Part shown: positions 17,551 to 28,057 of the stretch, in pieces
How positions within the stretch are numbered: the first letter of the stretch is position 1
Layout: each line of letters begins with the position of its first letter
Source: Candidatus Saccharimonadia bacterium
GTDB lineage: Bacteria; Patescibacteriota; Saccharimonadia; UBA4664; JBBRNT01
Reading direction: 5' to 3'
Assembly (NCBI GenBank): GCA_038230095.1
Contig: JBBRNT010000005.1
Location: 18,619-82,618 of the forward strand
DNA: 64,000 bases
Notes under the pieces: generated by a model
What the model was told of the DNA's origin: nothing
The model's input: only the letters and a program-made list of their open reading frames with translations
Databases searched by the model: none
Made by a program: the position numbers and the translations under genes

Positions 17551-18439
17551 CTCGAATGGCTGCCAGTAGCGTCACAAGCTGCTGTGGGAGGGCGGCTACC
17601 GCCTTTATCTGTACGCCGCCCGGGCTTGCAAACTCGATCTGACCGGCGTGTAGAAACAACCGGTCGAGACCAAGTGTGGGACGGCCTACTCCGTAAACCG
17701 TGTCCCCTACCACCGGATGGCCAAGCTTCGCCAAGTGGACCCGTATTTGGTGTGTTCGGCCTGTCTCGGGCTGGAGCTCAAGCAGGGTGTAGCCAGGCAG
17801 GTACTCGGCCGCGCTATACCGGGTGGCGCTTGGCTTGCCGTCGGGACGAACTGTACGCTGGGTAGGGCGCTTCGGATGACGGCCAATTGGCCATTCTAGC
17901 AGTGCGGTGGCTTCTTTCGGCGCACCATGCACTAGAGCATAGTAGGTCTTGTTGACCGCTCGGGAGCTGAAGAGTTTCTGGAGTTGGAGCTTGGCGGCTT
18001 CAGTCTTGGCAATAATTACCAAGCCGGAAGTGCCGCGGTCCAGGCGGTGCACTATACCTGGCCGAAGCGTGTCTGGATCACTAGAGACAGTCCGCGCGAA
18101 GCCCGCAAGGCTAGGCTCGGCAAAGTGGCGTGCAGGGTGCACAATAACTCCCGCGGGCTTATCCACGATAAGGCAGTACTCGTCCTCATAGACTATTTCC
18201 AGCCCGGGGACGGTCTGGAGGACTTCTGCTGTGACAATAAGGTCCGGTAGGCTAATGACTTGCCCGAGCCGCACATGGTACTTGGTGGGTTGAACAGTAC
18301 CATCTACCAGTGCACCCGCAGATACTAAGGCAAGGGCGGTGCTCCTGGGGACTTTGGTGAGTGTGGAAATAGCTTTGTCGAGGCGAAAACCGGCAATTTC
18401 AGCAGGTACTGTGTAGTCAGTGAAAGAGTTTATCGCCAT
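17537..18439 (-). CDS. rluD: RluA-family 23S rRNA pseudouridine synthase (RluD-like) with an S4 domain
   Basis: HRLDRGTSGLVIIAKT catalytic motif with an N-terminal S4-like domain. Confidence 0.85.
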   Translation of the reverse strand: MAINSFTDYTVPAEIAGFRLDKAISTLTKVPRSTALALVSAGALVDGTVQPTKYHVRLGQVISLPDLIVTAEVLQTVPGLEIVYEDEYCLIVDKPAGVIVHPARHFAEPSLAGFARTVSSDPDTLRPGIVHRLDRGTSGLVIIAKTEAAKLQLQKLFSSRAVNKTYYALVHGAPKEATALLEWPIGRHPKRPTQRTVRPDGKPSATRYSAAEYLPGYTLLELQPETGRTHQIRVHLAKLGHPVVGDTVYGVGRPTLGLDRLFLHAGQIEFASPGGVQIKAVAALPQQLVTLLAAIRDGHV

Positions 18440-18477
18440 AGACCTATTATCTAGGCGAACAGCGCGGAGAACAAGGG

Positions 18478-19536
18478 CTATCGAATAAGTTCGGAGGCTC
18501 GGGTTAGATCCTGTTTGGCGCCCAGGATAATAAGGCGGTCGCCTGGGTAGATTACTTCTTTGCCGGTGGGGCGAACCCGGCTCTTGCCATCGGCACCATT
18601 AATAGCAATGACGGTAGCACCAATGGTGGACTCTGTGAGCTCGCTGAAATTGCCCAGCCGACGACCAGCTATTTTGGAGGTTTCCGTGACGACCATTTCT
18701 TCCACTTCTAGGTCCGGGCTGCCTTTCTGATTGCTGACAATGTCTAGGTAGTCCACCACATTAGGCCGTAGCGCCATGGTAGCCATATGATAACCACCAA
18801 TTTGGTATGGTAACGCCACCCGATCGGCGCCCGCTCGCTTAAGCTTGGGCTCATTGTCCTGACGGTTGGCGCGAGCCACTATATAGATCTCAGGGTTAAA
18901 CGATCTGGCTGCCAGCGTGACAAACAGATTGGCCGAGTCCTCTCCGAGTGTAGCCACCAGTCCCTGGGCTTGCTCAACGGCAGCTTCATGGAGAGCGGTC
19001 TCATCTGTGCTATCGGCCTGAAATGCCAGATAGCCTTTGGCCACGGCTTCAGCTACTCTCACGGGGTCCTTATCTAGAGCCACGAAGGCCACACCTTCGT
19101 GATGCATTTCGCGCGCTACCTGGCTACCGACGCGCCCAAGACCACATACAATGTAATGCCCTTTCAGCTTGGCAATTTTGGCTTTCATTTGACGTTTCCT
19201 GACATTTTCACCTATTCCAATCATATATTCGGCAAACCACTTAAGCAAATAACCCACCAGTACCAGGCTGGATAGGATAAGTGCCACCACGAGGATGCGG
19301 CTGCGAAGGTCGCTAAACCCATGGTGGTCATAGTGCGTAAGCAGGATGATTAATGTTGTGTAGAACGAATCGCCATAGTCGATACCGCCGGTGTAGGCGA
19401 ACCCCACCGTACCTAGTAGAAGCAGGATGACAGATATGCCACCAATATTGAGCAGAGTTCTACGACTATTCACCGGTCTATTATACCCGAAAGTTGTTAT
19501 GGTTGCTTGCCAGATTGCGCACACGTGGTAGACCAA
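18478..19536 (-). CDS. potassium channel with RCK/TrkA-N and TrkA-C domains (MthK/Kch-like)
   Basis: 2-TM pore region with TGGIDYGD filter-like sequence, then Rossmann GxGxxG (IVCGLGRVGSQVA) and a TrkA-C domain. Confidence 0.75.
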   Translation of the reverse strand: MVYHVCAIWQATITTFGYNRPVNSRRTLLNIGGISVILLLLGTVGFAYTGGIDYGDSFYTTLIILLTHYDHHGFSDLRSRILVVALILSSLVLVGYLLKWFAEYMIGIGENVRKRQMKAKIAKLKGHYIVCGLGRVGSQVAREMHHEGVAFVALDKDPVRVAEAVAKGYLAFQADSTDETALHEAAVEQAQGLVATLGEDSANLFVTLAARSFNPEIYIVARANRQDNEPKLKRAGADRVALPYQIGGYHMATMALRPNVVDYLDIVSNQKGSPDLEVEEMVVTETSKIAGRRLGNFSELTESTIGATVIAINGADGKSRVRPTGKEVIYPGDRLIILGAKQDLTRASELIR

Positions 19537-19575
19537 AAAAGACCCCCGAAGGAGTCTTGATTGATATAAGGCGCT

Positions 19576-19977
19576 TTAGCGCTTGGAGAACTGTGGGGCC
19601 TTGCGGGCGCGCTTGAGACCGGGCTTCTTGCGTTCCTTTTCACGGGGGTCACGGGTAAGTAGACCAGCTTTCTTCAGGGTTGGGCGCAGCTCGGCGCTCA
19701 TTTCCTGAAGGGCACGGGCCATAGCGAGGCGGGCTGCATCGGCCTGGCCAACTTTGCCACCGCCAATCACCTTAATTGTGGCCTGCATTTTGGTTTCCTG
19801 GCCAGCCAGCTTGAGGGGCTCTACCAAGGAAGCTTCGAGGGTAGCATTATTGAAGTAGTCAGAGGCGAGCTTGCCGTTGACCATGATCTCGCCTTTGCCC
19901 GCAAAGATGCGAGCGGTTGCGATAGCCGTCTTGCGACGGCCAAGAGCGTAGTAGTAGTGGGCTTTTGTATCAGCCAT
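19576..19977 (-). CDS. rpsI: 30S ribosomal protein S9
   Basis: C-terminal ...GLKRARKAPQFSKR. Confidence 0.93.
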   Translation of the reverse strand: MADTKAHYYYALGRRKTAIATARIFAGKGEIMVNGKLASDYFNNATLEASLVEPLKLAGQETKMQATIKVIGGGKVGQADAARLAMARALQEMSAELRPTLKKAGLLTRDPREKERKKPGLKRARKAPQFSKR

Positions 19978-20411
19978 TATTTGAACTCAACTTTCTTTGG
20001 TGATTGACCAGCATGCGCATGCTCGCTACCCACGTAGACTTTGAGGCGACGCATACGATCGTCGGTAAGGCGGTTCTTAGGTAGCATCCCAGCGACAGCG
20101 TTCTCGATAACCTTGGTTGGGTCCTTTGCCATCATCTCTTCGAGCGATAGGCTGGTGAGACCACCTGGGTAACCGGAGTGGCGGTGGTATTGCTTCTGGG
20201 TGAGCTTATTACCAGTGACCTTGAGCTGGGCAGCATTAATAACAACGACATTGTCGCCGCCGTCGACGTGTGCCGAGAAATTGGTCTTGTTCTTACCCAT
20301 GATAATGGTAGCAATACGGCTAGAGAGACGACCAAGGGTAAGCTCGCTGGCGTCCACCAGATACCAGTTATGTGTAATATCAGCTTTTTTGGGTGAGAAT
20401 GTCTTAAGCAT
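19977..20411 (-). CDS. rplM: 50S ribosomal protein L13
   Basis: MLKTFSPKKADITHNWYLVDASELTLGRLSSRIATIIMGK... Confidence 0.93.
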   Translation of the reverse strand: MLKTFSPKKADITHNWYLVDASELTLGRLSSRIATIIMGKNKTNFSAHVDGGDNVVVINAAQLKVTGNKLTQKQYHRHSGYPGGLTSLSLEEMMAKDPTKVIENAVAGMLPKNRLTDDRMRRLKVYVGSEHAHAGQSPKKVEFK

Positions 20412-20859
20412 TGTTTGCTCCTTCTGCTACTTTAGCGGTAGCCTTTGGCTTGGTAGCTGCTTTCTTGGCCTCTTTAGGGGCTTTCTCAGCGATAGCTACT
20501 GGCTTCTTGACTAGAGACACCTGAACCATGAGGGCGTTGTCGCCACGGCGGTTAGGAAGCTTAACAAGGCGTGTATAGCCACTGTTGCGGTCGGAAAGTG
20601 CTGGAAGAAGTTCTTCGATAAGCTTGCGAGCAGCGTTCTCCGTAAGGAGGAAGGCTGACAGGCTACGACGACTAGCGAGTGTACCCTGCTTGGCAGTCGT
20701 GACAAGCTTTTCGAAGTAAGGAACAATTTCTTTGCCCTTGGCTTCTGTAGTTACGATGGTCTCATACAACACGAGTGAGGTAACAAGGCCACGTACCAGT
20801 GCCCGACGTTGATCGGTATCGCGGGATAATTTTCGGCCCTGGAAACTATGGCGATGCAT
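20404..20859 (-). CDS. rplQ: 50S ribosomal protein L17 with a Lys/Ala-rich C-terminal tail
   Basis: MHRHSFQGRKLSRDTDQRRALVRGLVTSLVLYETIVTTEAKGKE... Confidence 0.92.
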   Translation of the reverse strand: MHRHSFQGRKLSRDTDQRRALVRGLVTSLVLYETIVTTEAKGKEIVPYFEKLVTTAKQGTLASRRSLSAFLLTENAARKLIEELLPALSDRNSGYTRLVKLPNRRGDNALMVQVSLVKKPVAIAEKAPKEAKKAATKPKATAKVAEGANNA

Positions 20860-21800
20860 TATTCCCCCTGCTCCTCGCCGGTGGCAAAGCCGAGTTCAGC
20901 GATCTTGTCGCGGACTTCATCATAGGCCTTGGCGCCAAAACCCTTGAGGTCTTTGAGCTCGCTGTCGGTCAATCGGAGGAGGTCCTTAACAGACTTAATG
21001 TCATTGTTCATGAGGGCATTAGCGGTGCGTGGAGAGAAGTTAAGCTCTTCGATCATAATCTTCCCAGCACCAGTCTCGACGCGGTCATCACTGACGGCTG
21101 CTGCAGCAGTAACCTGAGGCTTGCCAGCAATGATAGAGAAGTGCTCAACCAATACCTCAGCGGCCTGAGACAAGGCGTCGGCCGGGGCAATAGTGCCATC
21201 GGTTTCAATTTCCATAACCAAGCGGTCGAAGTCGGTGCGCTGACCAACGCGAGTGTTCTCGACATTGTAGCGAACGCGCTGGACGGGGCTGTAGAGAGCA
21301 TCAACGGCAATCATACCGACTTCTAGCTTTTCGCCTTCGCGGCCCTCAACCGGCGCGTAACCACGGCCCTTTTCAATCTTGAGCTCCATACCGATCTTGG
21401 ACTTAGCGGCATCGAGAGTGGCAATGACTTGGTCGCCATTCACTATCTCGACGTCGGCTGTTCCCTTAATGTCGGAGGCTTTGACTTCACCCTTGCCGGT
21501 TTTGGACAGCATTACAAACTGTGGCTCGTCTGAGAACACGCGGAAGCGTAGCTTCTTCAGGTTGAGTAGAATCTCAACAACATCTTCTTTAACTCCATCG
21601 ATTGTCGAAAACTCGTGCGAGACGCTATCAATTTTGACAGCAGTAACGGCGGCTCCGCCCAGGCTCGATAGGATAACACGGCGCAGGGAATTACCAAGCG
21701 TCATACCGTAGCCAGAATACAATGGCTCGATAGCAAACGTGGCTTTGTTCCCATCTTCTTTGACCGGTTTTACTTCCGGTAATTGGATTTCGTAAATCAC
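20859..21800 (-). CDS. rpoA: DNA-directed RNA polymerase alpha subunit
   Basis: Alpha NTD and CTD motifs (...NSLRRVILSSLGGAAVT..., CTD ...ELNFSPRTANALMNNDIKSVKDLL...). Confidence 0.93.
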   Translation of the reverse strand: MIYEIQLPEVKPVKEDGNKATFAIEPLYSGYGMTLGNSLRRVILSSLGGAAVTAVKIDSVSHEFSTIDGVKEDVVEILLNLKKLRFRVFSDEPQFVMLSKTGKGEVKASDIKGTADVEIVNGDQVIATLDAAKSKIGMELKIEKGRGYAPVEGREGEKLEVGMIAVDALYSPVQRVRYNVENTRVGQRTDFDRLVMEIETDGTIAPADALSQAAEVLVEHFSIIAGKPQVTAAAAVSDDRVETGAGKIMIEELNFSPRTANALMNNDIKSVKDLLRLTDSELKDLKGFGAKAYDEVRDKIAELGFATGEEQGE

Positions 21801-21825
21801 CTTCTAATCCTCTCTTGACCTTAAA

Positions 21826-22440
21826 TTAACGTGAATAGAACTCAATAATAAGCTGTTCCTGGATGTCCGCATCAATATCCTCGCGGGCCGGCAGTCCAGT
21901 AACCTTGGCTGACAATTTCTTGGCGTCTAAGCTGAGCCAGCGCACCTGCTCGGCAGATGACAGAGTCTCAGATAGGGCCTTGAAATAGCTATTGGCAGCA
22001 CTCTTCGGACGGACACTGAATACATCGCCTGGCTTGACTAGGATAGAGGGGATGTCAACGCGGCGATCGTTGAGCATGAAGTGACCATGTGTAACCAGCT
22101 GACGAGCAGCACGACGGGAAGTGGCAAAGCCCAGGCGGTAGACGGCGTTGTCTAGGCGCTGCTCTAGCAGCTGAAGGATAATGTCACCGGTAACACCGGT
22201 TTTACGCTCGGCGGTTTCAACCACGCGACGGAACTGCTTCTCTAGCAGGCCGTATGTGCGCTTGACCTTCTGCTTTTCACGCAGCTGGATGGCGTACTGG
22301 CTGGGCTTAGAACGGCCTTGAGTCTGACCGTGCTGGCCAGGACCGTAAGCGCGCTTAGCCATAGCCTTAACAGCCTTGGGATGCAGGGCGGTCTTCTCGC
22401 GGCGCGAGCGCTTAACAATAGAAACTAGATCTCGTGCCAT
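21826..22440 (-). CDS. rpsD: 30S ribosomal protein S4
   Basis: [27 protein letters not shown]... Confidence 0.93.
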   Translation of the reverse strand: MARDLVSIVKRSRREKTALHPKAVKAMAKRAYGPGQHGQTQGRSKPSQYAIQLREKQKVKRTYGLLEKQFRRVVETAERKTGVTGDIILQLLEQRLDNAVYRLGFATSRRAARQLVTHGHFMLNDRRVDIPSILVKPGDVFSVRPKSAANSYFKALSETLSSAEQVRWLSLDAKKLSAKVTGLPAREDIDADIQEQLIIEFYSR

Positions 22441-22841
22441 TAGACTCTCCTTGCCTTTCGGGGACGGCAGCCATTGTGTGGGATACCTGTAACGTCCTTG
22501 ATGCTTGCAACACTAATACCAGCGGCCATAAGGGCGCGGATAGCAGACTCACGGCCACTACCAACGCCACGTACGAAGACGTCGACTTTGGCGAGACCAA
22601 ACTCCTTAGCTGCTGCAGCAGCCTTCTCTGAAGCCATCTGTGCGGCGTAGGGAGTACTCTTACGTGACCCCTTGAACCCGGCGGCGCCTGAACTAGACCA
22701 GCTCAGGAGATTGCCACTGGTATCAGTAATAGAAACGATCGTGTTATTGAACGTAGACTGGATGTGCATTTGACCAACAGCCACAGAACGCTTGGTTTTG
22801 CGACGACGAGTGGTATTTGCTTTGGGGGTTGGGTTTGCCAT
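22440..22841 (-). CDS. rpsK: 30S ribosomal protein S11
   Basis: ...[22 protein letters not shown]... Confidence 0.93.
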   Translation of the reverse strand: MANPTPKANTTRRRKTKRSVAVGQMHIQSTFNNTIVSITDTSGNLLSWSSSGAAGFKGSRKSTPYAAQMASEKAAAAAKEFGLAKVDVFVRGVGSGRESAIRALMAAGISVASIKDVTGIPHNGCRPRKARRV

Positions 22842-22871
22842 GTATGCTTTCCGTTACTGTTCTGGTATTAC

Positions 22872-23258
22872 TTATGTCTTTGCGGCGGCTTTTTTGCGTC
22901 CGCTACCCATGGTGACCTTCTTGCCGCGCTTGGTGCGGGCGTTGGTCTTGGTGCGCTGGCCACGTACTGGAAGATTGGCTTTGTGGCGAAGGCCACGGAA
23001 GCTACCAATTTCCTTGAGTCGCTTAATGTTCTGGCTAACGACACGGGCTAGATCACCTTCAACTTGGTACTTCTTATCGATCTCATCGCGAAGGCGAATG
23101 ACTTCGGCCTCGGTGAGGTCCTTGACGCGAGTGTCGGGATTAACCTTGGTTGTCTCAAGAATGCGAGCAGCGAAGGCTGGCCCAATACCATAAATATAGG
23201 TAAGAGCAATGACTACGCGCTTGTCGGTCGGAATATTTACACCAGCGATACGTGCCAT
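22872..23258 (-). CDS. rpsM: 30S ribosomal protein S13
   Basis: [26 protein letters not shown]... Confidence 0.93.
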   Translation of the reverse strand: MARIAGVNIPTDKRVVIALTYIYGIGPAFAARILETTKVNPDTRVKDLTEAEVIRLRDEIDKKYQVEGDLARVVSQNIKRLKEIGSFRGLRHKANLPVRGQRTKTNARTKRGKKVTMGSGRKKAAAKT

Positions 23259-23372
23259 TTAGCCTTGCCTCTGTTTATGCTTCGGGGTTTCACAAATAAC
23301 GTATACGACGCCTTCGCGACGCACAACTTTGCACTTCGAGCAGATTTTCTTAACGCTTGCTCGGACTTTCAC
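23259..23372 (-). CDS. rpmJ: 50S ribosomal protein L36 (GTG start)
   Basis: Manual translation [37 protein letters not shown]; AGGAGC RBS upstream. It is absent from the ORF track because it is under 60 aa. Confidence 0.85.
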   Translation of the reverse strand: MKVRASVKKICSKCKVVRREGVVYVICETPKHKQRQG

Positions 23373-23389
23373 TTACCTAAGCTCCTGGG

Positions 23390-23611
23390 TTATTTATGAC
23401 GATAGGTAATCCGTGCCTTAGAGAGATCATATGGAGTCATTTCCATGGTCACTTTGTCTCCGGGCAGAATCTTAATGTAGTGCATGCGCATCTTGCCAGA
23501 AATGTGGGCCAGGACGACATGTCCGTTCTCGAGCTCGACTCGAAACATTGCATTCGGCAGAGTCTCAAGGACGGTGCCACCAACTTCAATTACTTCTTTG
23601 GTGTCAGACAT
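23390..23611 (-). CDS. infA: translation initiation factor IF-1
   Basis: S1-like OB fold [32 protein letters not shown]. Confidence 0.93.
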   Translation of the reverse strand: MSDTKEVIEVGGTVLETLPNAMFRVELENGHVVLAHISGKMRMHYIKILPGDKVTMEMTPYDLSKARITYRHK

Positions 23612-23634
23612 AAGATATGGTACTACAATGTGTG

Positions 23635-23662
23635 ATTATAGATAATCTGAGGCCACTTGTAA
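23635..23662 (-). promoter_or_regulatory. candidate sigma70-like internal promoter upstream of infA (TTACAA-N16-TATAAT)
   Basis: Minus strand ttacaagtggcctcagattatctataat lies between secY and infA. Confidence 0.4.
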
Positions 23663-23696
23663 AGGGATTTAGGTGGTTTTTATTCATAATTCCTCT

Positions 23697-25010
23697 TTAA
23701 TAGCTCTCATAGGACAGGGTTTGAGCCTGAGAGCTGATTTGACGAACGGTTTCTAGCGCAACACTCACTACGATCAGAACGCTCGTACCACCGATTGTGA
23801 GTACCGTAGAACGCGTGAATGACTGAATAATGAATGGAAGTATGGCTATGAGCCCAAGGCCCAGTGCGCCGGCTAAGGTGATGCGGTTGACCACTTTGCG
23901 TAAATACTCTGCGGTCTGGTTGCCTGGACGGATGCCTGGTACAAAGCCACCCTGTTTCTGTAGGTTCTCGGCAATGTCGGTGGGATTAAACACCACCGCG
24001 GTATAGAAATAGGTAAAGGAAACGACGAGGACAAAGTACGCCACAGCGTAGACCCAGCCATTGGGGTTAAACCAGGCCTGGAGGGCTTTGGCGCTATGAG
24101 CGACCCAGGCCGTCTTGGCATTGGTAAAGAGCTGCCCCAGGAACGTAGGTACTGACAGGAAGGCGAGGGCAAATATGATAGGGATGACACCGGCCGTGAT
24201 TACCCGCAGCGGCAAGTGGGTGTCTACTCCGGCGAAGACCCGACTGCCCCGAACGCGCTTAGCATAGGATACTGGCACATTGCGCTGGCCCTCATTCAGA
24301 ATGACGACGAAGTAGATGATGGCCAGGGTGGCGGCCAGAAACCCAAGTAGCGTGAGGATCTTCCCGGTGTCACCCGTAGCAAGGCTCAAGTATTGCCCAG
24401 CGCTGGCGGGTAGTCTCGACAAAATACCACTGAGGATGATGAGCGAAATACCATTACCAATCCCCTTCTCTGTGATGAGCTCACCGAGCCACATAAGCAG
24501 GAGTGAGCCGCCGGTAACGGTGGTGATCATGAGCACCCAGTTGGCAAATGTTGGCGAGCCAATAAGATTGGTACCAGACACACTGATAGATGTCTGCTGA
24601 ACCAAGATGATGGTACCGAATGACTGAATGATCGCCAGCGGCAGCGTCAGCATACGAGTGTATTGATTGATTTTCTGTCGACCGCTCTCGCCTTCTTTGC
24701 TGAGGGCTTCTAAGCTGGGGATAACCTGGGTAAGGAGCTGGATGATGATGGAGGCGTTAATGTAGGGCCCAACACCCATCATGATGATGGAGAAATTGGT
24801 CAGAGCGCCGCCCGAGAACAGATCGGCAAAGCCAAGCAAGCGATTGGAATTAAAGAGTGTCTTGAGGAAGCTCGCTAGGGCCTGGTTATCTGGAACAGGT
24901 ACGGGTATGTGCGCGAGCAGGCGGAATATAACCAAAAGACCCGCCACAATAAAGACCTTGCGACGGAGTTCTTTGGAGCTAGTGATTTGGCGAAGTGTTT
25001 CGAAATTCAT
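23697..25010 (-). CDS. secY: preprotein translocase subunit SecY
   Basis: 437 aa, 10-TM SecY topology; ...GPYINASIIIQLLT... Confidence 0.93.
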   Translation of the reverse strand: MNFETLRQITSSKELRRKVFIVAGLLVIFRLLAHIPVPVPDNQALASFLKTLFNSNRLLGFADLFSGGALTNFSIIMMGVGPYINASIIIQLLTQVIPSLEALSKEGESGRQKINQYTRMLTLPLAIIQSFGTIILVQQTSISVSGTNLIGSPTFANWVLMITTVTGGSLLLMWLGELITEKGIGNGISLIILSGILSRLPASAGQYLSLATGDTGKILTLLGFLAATLAIIYFVVILNEGQRNVPVSYAKRVRGSRVFAGVDTHLPLRVITAGVIPIIFALAFLSVPTFLGQLFTNAKTAWVAHSAKALQAWFNPNGWVYAVAYFVLVVSFTYFYTAVVFNPTDIAENLQKQGGFVPGIRPGNQTAEYLRKVVNRITLAGALGLGLIAILPFIIQSFTRSTVLTIGGTSVLIVVSVALETVRQISSQAQTLSYESY

Positions 25011-25018
25011 GGGCTGCC

Positions 25019-25495
25019 TTATTTAGCAGCAGGCTCAGTGGATTCACGCTTCTGGCTCGCTACGAGCTCTATTGTACCACCGACAGCTTCAATTTTAGAA
25101 ATAGCAGTTTTGCTTGCAGCTTGGACCTTGACCGTGAGCTTCTTGGTGAACTCGCCGTTACCCAGGAGCTTGATAGCCAGGTGGGCTGACTTAACGAGCC
25201 CAAGCTCAGCGAGCATGGTAGCGTCGACAGTAGCACCAGTCTTAAACGTCTCAAGGCTGGACAGATTAACCACTTGGAAGTCCTTGTGGTTGAGTGCCCG
25301 GAAACCACGCTTCTTTGGGAGACGCTTAGCTAGCTTGTTCTGACCACCTTCGAAGCCGACACGTACACCACCACCAGTGCGAGAGTTCTGACCCTTGGTA
25401 CCACGACCAGCGGTTTTACCACCACCGGCAGATATACCACGGCCAACGCGCTTGCGCTTAGGCTGGGCACTGACTGAGAGTTCGTGAATTTTCAT
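25019..25495 (-). CDS. rplO: 50S ribosomal protein L15
   Basis: [36 protein letters not shown]... Confidence 0.93.
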   Translation of the reverse strand: MKIHELSVSAQPKRKRVGRGISAGGGKTAGRGTKGQNSRTGGGVRVGFEGGQNKLAKRLPKKRGFRALNHKDFQVVNLSSLETFKTGATVDATMLAELGLVKSAHLAIKLLGNGEFTKKLTVKVQAASKTAISKIEAVGGTIELVASQKRESTEPAAK

Positions 25496-26043
25496 TATTT
25501 CTTCTCCGTCTTAGGCGCTTTTGGCTCAGTTGCAGCCTTAGCTTCGGCCTTGATTGTGGCAACCACCTTCTCGGCAGACTTATCAGTCTGGCCAGTAATA
25601 CGGCGGAGCTGCGTCAGACCAATAATGGTGGCGTAGGCGTTGTTGACCTTGCTGGATGAGCCAAGTGACTTGGCGAGGATGTCGCGGATACCAGCGGCTT
25701 CAACGACACTACGGACAGCGCCACCGGCGATAACGCCTGTCCCCTCAGAAGCCGGCTTCATCATGATCTGGGCGCCTGAGAAGCGAACATTGACCTCATG
25801 AGGAATAGTGTTGCGGACCATAGGTACAGTGATCATGTGCTTCTTAGCAGTAGCGACAGCTTTAGCGATTGAGGTCATGACCTCTGAGCCCTTGCCGACA
25901 CCAACGCCGACGCGGCCTTTGCCGTCACCCACTACTACAGTGGCGCGGAAGCGGAAGCGACGCCCACCCTTGACCACACGGGTCACACGAGCAATATCGA
26001 TTACTTTCTCTTCAAACTCTTTGATTTCAGGTGTAATAGCCAT
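25495..26043 (-). CDS. rpsE: 30S ribosomal protein S5 with a Lys/Ala-rich C-terminal tail
   Basis: ...[32 protein letters not shown]... Confidence 0.93.
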   Translation of the reverse strand: MAITPEIKEFEEKVIDIARVTRVVKGGRRFRFRATVVVGDGKGRVGVGVGKGSEVMTSIAKAVATAKKHMITVPMVRNTIPHEVNVRFSGAQIMMKPASEGTGVIAGGAVRSVVEAAGIRDILAKSLGSSSKVNNAYATIIGLTQLRRITGQTDKSAEKVVATIKAEAKAATEPKAPKTEKK

Positions 26044-26390
26044 TAGAACTCCAATCCTTTGCTACGAGCTGCTTCAGCCAGCGCGTGTAGGCGGCCATGA
26101 TAGAGCCGAGAACCGCGGTCGAAGACCACTTTCTTAATCTTGTGCTTCGTGGCCTGCTCAGCTATTTGCTCGCCAATAGTTTTGGCTTTTTCGGTCATAG
26201 TACCCTTAGCTGTGCCACGAGTCGTAGTGGCGTAGGCCAGCGTCTTACCGATGGTGTCGTCGATAAGCTGGGCGGTGATGTGTCGGTTGGTAATTGCTAC
26301 CGACAGACGAGGACGCTCGGCCGTGCCGGAAACACGAGCGCGAACTCGGTTACGGCGACGGGCGGCTTGTTGTAGTTTTAGTTCTATCAT
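26043..26390 (-). CDS. rplR: 50S ribosomal protein L18
   Basis: [45 protein letters not shown]... Start set at the internal Met (ATG at 26390), 4 nt after the rplF stop. The track ORF extends to 26444 and would overlap rplF by 50 nt. Confidence 0.88.
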   Translation of the reverse strand: MIELKLQQAARRRNRVRARVSGTAERPRLSVAITNRHITAQLIDDTIGKTLAYATTTRGTAKGTMTEKAKTIGEQIAEQATKHKIKKVVFDRGSRLYHGRLHALAEAARSKGLEF

Positions 26391-26394
26391 GGTC

Positions 26395-26934
26395 TTAACC
26401 CTTTGCCGCAGTCTTACCGGCCTTACGGCGGATGTGTTCTTCAATATATTTGATGCCCTTGCCCTTGTATGGTTCAGGCTTTTTCAGAGCGCGGATATTG
26501 GCAGCTACCTGGCCGACTAATTGCTTGTCGAAGCCGGAGATAGTGACAATGTTCTTTTCAACGGCTGCAGTGACACCAGCAGGAAGCTGGAAGGCAACTG
26601 GGTGAGAAAAACCGAGGCTCAGATTGACAACCGAGCCGCTGACAGCCGCGCGGTAACCGACGCCGTTAATCTCGAGCTGGCGGGTATACCCCGTAGTAGC
26701 TCCAATGATGGCATTGGCGACCAGGGTACGGATGAGACCGAAGGACTTAATGGTCTCTGGGTTCTGCTCGATTTGGCTTACCTGAAGCACGTCCCCATCT
26801 TGCTTGATCGCAATGCCTGGTAGTAGCGTGACTTGGAGCTCGCCCTTTGGGCCCTTCACAGTGATTAGACTTGCTGTCTGCTCTACTGTAACGCCTGATG
26901 GTACTTGGATTGGTTTACGTCCGATTCGACTCAT
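26395..26934 (-). CDS. rplF: 50S ribosomal protein L6
   Basis: MSRIGRKPIQVPSGVTVEQ... Confidence 0.93.
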   Translation of the reverse strand: MSRIGRKPIQVPSGVTVEQTASLITVKGPKGELQVTLLPGIAIKQDGDVLQVSQIEQNPETIKSFGLIRTLVANAIIGATTGYTRQLEINGVGYRAAVSGSVVNLSLGFSHPVAFQLPAGVTAAVEKNIVTISGFDKQLVGQVAANIRALKKPEPYKGKGIKYIEEHIRRKAGKTAAKG

Positions 26935-26935
26935 A

Positions 26936-27316
26936 TTACCACACCTTACAGATTAATTCGCCACCGAGACCAGCTTTGCGTGCAGCTTTGCCGGTCATAA
27001 TGCCTGCAGAAGTCGAAATGATCACAATACCGCGGCCGCTAAGTACGGTAGGGATACCATCGGCAGCAGTGTAGACGCGGCGACCAGGCTTGGAGATACG
27101 GATGAGGCTCGTAACCACTGATTGCTCAGCTAGAGTCACCATCAGCACCCTGTGAATGCCTTCACCATCGGTAGCAACGTCAGTAATATAGCCAGCTTCT
27201 TTGAGAATGCGAGCAATCTCAGCTTTGACTTTAGAGAAAGGAATACGAACGCTTTCGTGCCGTGCAGCAATAGCGTTGCGAATCCTGGTTAACATGTCGG
27301 AGATTGGATCTGTCAT
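26936..27316 (-). CDS. rpsH: 30S ribosomal protein S8
   Basis: MTDPISDMLTRIRNA... Confidence 0.93.
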   Translation of the reverse strand: MTDPISDMLTRIRNAIAARHESVRIPFSKVKAEIARILKEAGYITDVATDGEGIHRVLMVTLAEQSVVTSLIRISKPGRRVYTAADGIPTVLSGRGIVIISTSAGIMTGKAARKAGLGGELICKVW

Positions 27317-27326
27317 AGTGTTGCTC

Positions 27327-27512
27327 CTACCAACTTGCCTTGGTTACACCGGGGATCTGACCGCGACTTGCACGTTCGCGGAAACAGATTCGGCACATAC
27401 CAAATTTACGAATATAGCCATGAGGTCGACCGCAGAGCTGGCACCGGTTCACCTGGCGAGTCGAGAACTTCGGTTTACGATTGGCCTTAACGACCATAGA
27501 TTTCTTTGCCAT
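27327..27512 (-). CDS. rpsZ: 30S ribosomal protein S14 type Z (zinc-binding)
   Basis: 61 aa with CxxC...CxxC: [21 protein letters not shown]. Confidence 0.92.
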   Translation of the reverse strand: MAKKSMVVKANRKPKFSTRQVNRCQLCGRPHGYIRKFGMCRICFRERASRGQIPGVTKASW

Positions 27513-28057
27513 TATGCGTTCCTCCTAAACGGAAAGCCCATGAGTTCGAGCAGGCGCTTGCCTTCGGCAGTGCTCTGAGCTGTAGTTACAATGTTGACCT
27601 GGAGGCCAATGCTTGTACTAGCTTCTTCAAACGAGATCTCTGGGAAGATAGTGTGATCATTTAAACCTAGGCTGTAGTTGCCCTTAGGATCAAAAGCAGT
27701 AGTTGAAATACCACGGAAGTCGCGGATGCGGGGTAGAGTGACAGCGACTAGGCGGTCGAGGAACTCGTACATGCGCTCGCCACGGAGAGTAACAGTGGCA
27801 CCAATCTTATTGCCCTCGCGTAGCTTAAAGCTAGCGACGCTCTTCTTGGCAATAGTCTGGACTGGCTGCTGGCCGGTAATCTTCCCGAGAATAGCAGTGG
27901 CGTCTTCGACATGCTTCGAGTCGGCAGTGGCGCGGCCTACGCCAGCATTGACCACTACCTTGGTAAGCTTAGGTACCTGGTGAACATTCTTGTAGCCAAA
28001 CTCTTTGGTGAGTTCTGCGCGGATAGTCTGGTTGTACTTGTCTTGAATAATACTCAT
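27512..28057 (-). CDS. rplE: 50S ribosomal protein L5
   Basis: ...[18 protein letters not shown]... Confidence 0.93.
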   Translation of the reverse strand: MSIIQDKYNQTIRAELTKEFGYKNVHQVPKLTKVVVNAGVGRATADSKHVEDATAILGKITGQQPVQTIAKKSVASFKLREGNKIGATVTLRGERMYEFLDRLVAVTLPRIRDFRGISTTAFDPKGNYSLGLNDHTIFPEISFEEASTSIGLQVNIVTTAQSTAEGKRLLELMGFPFRRNA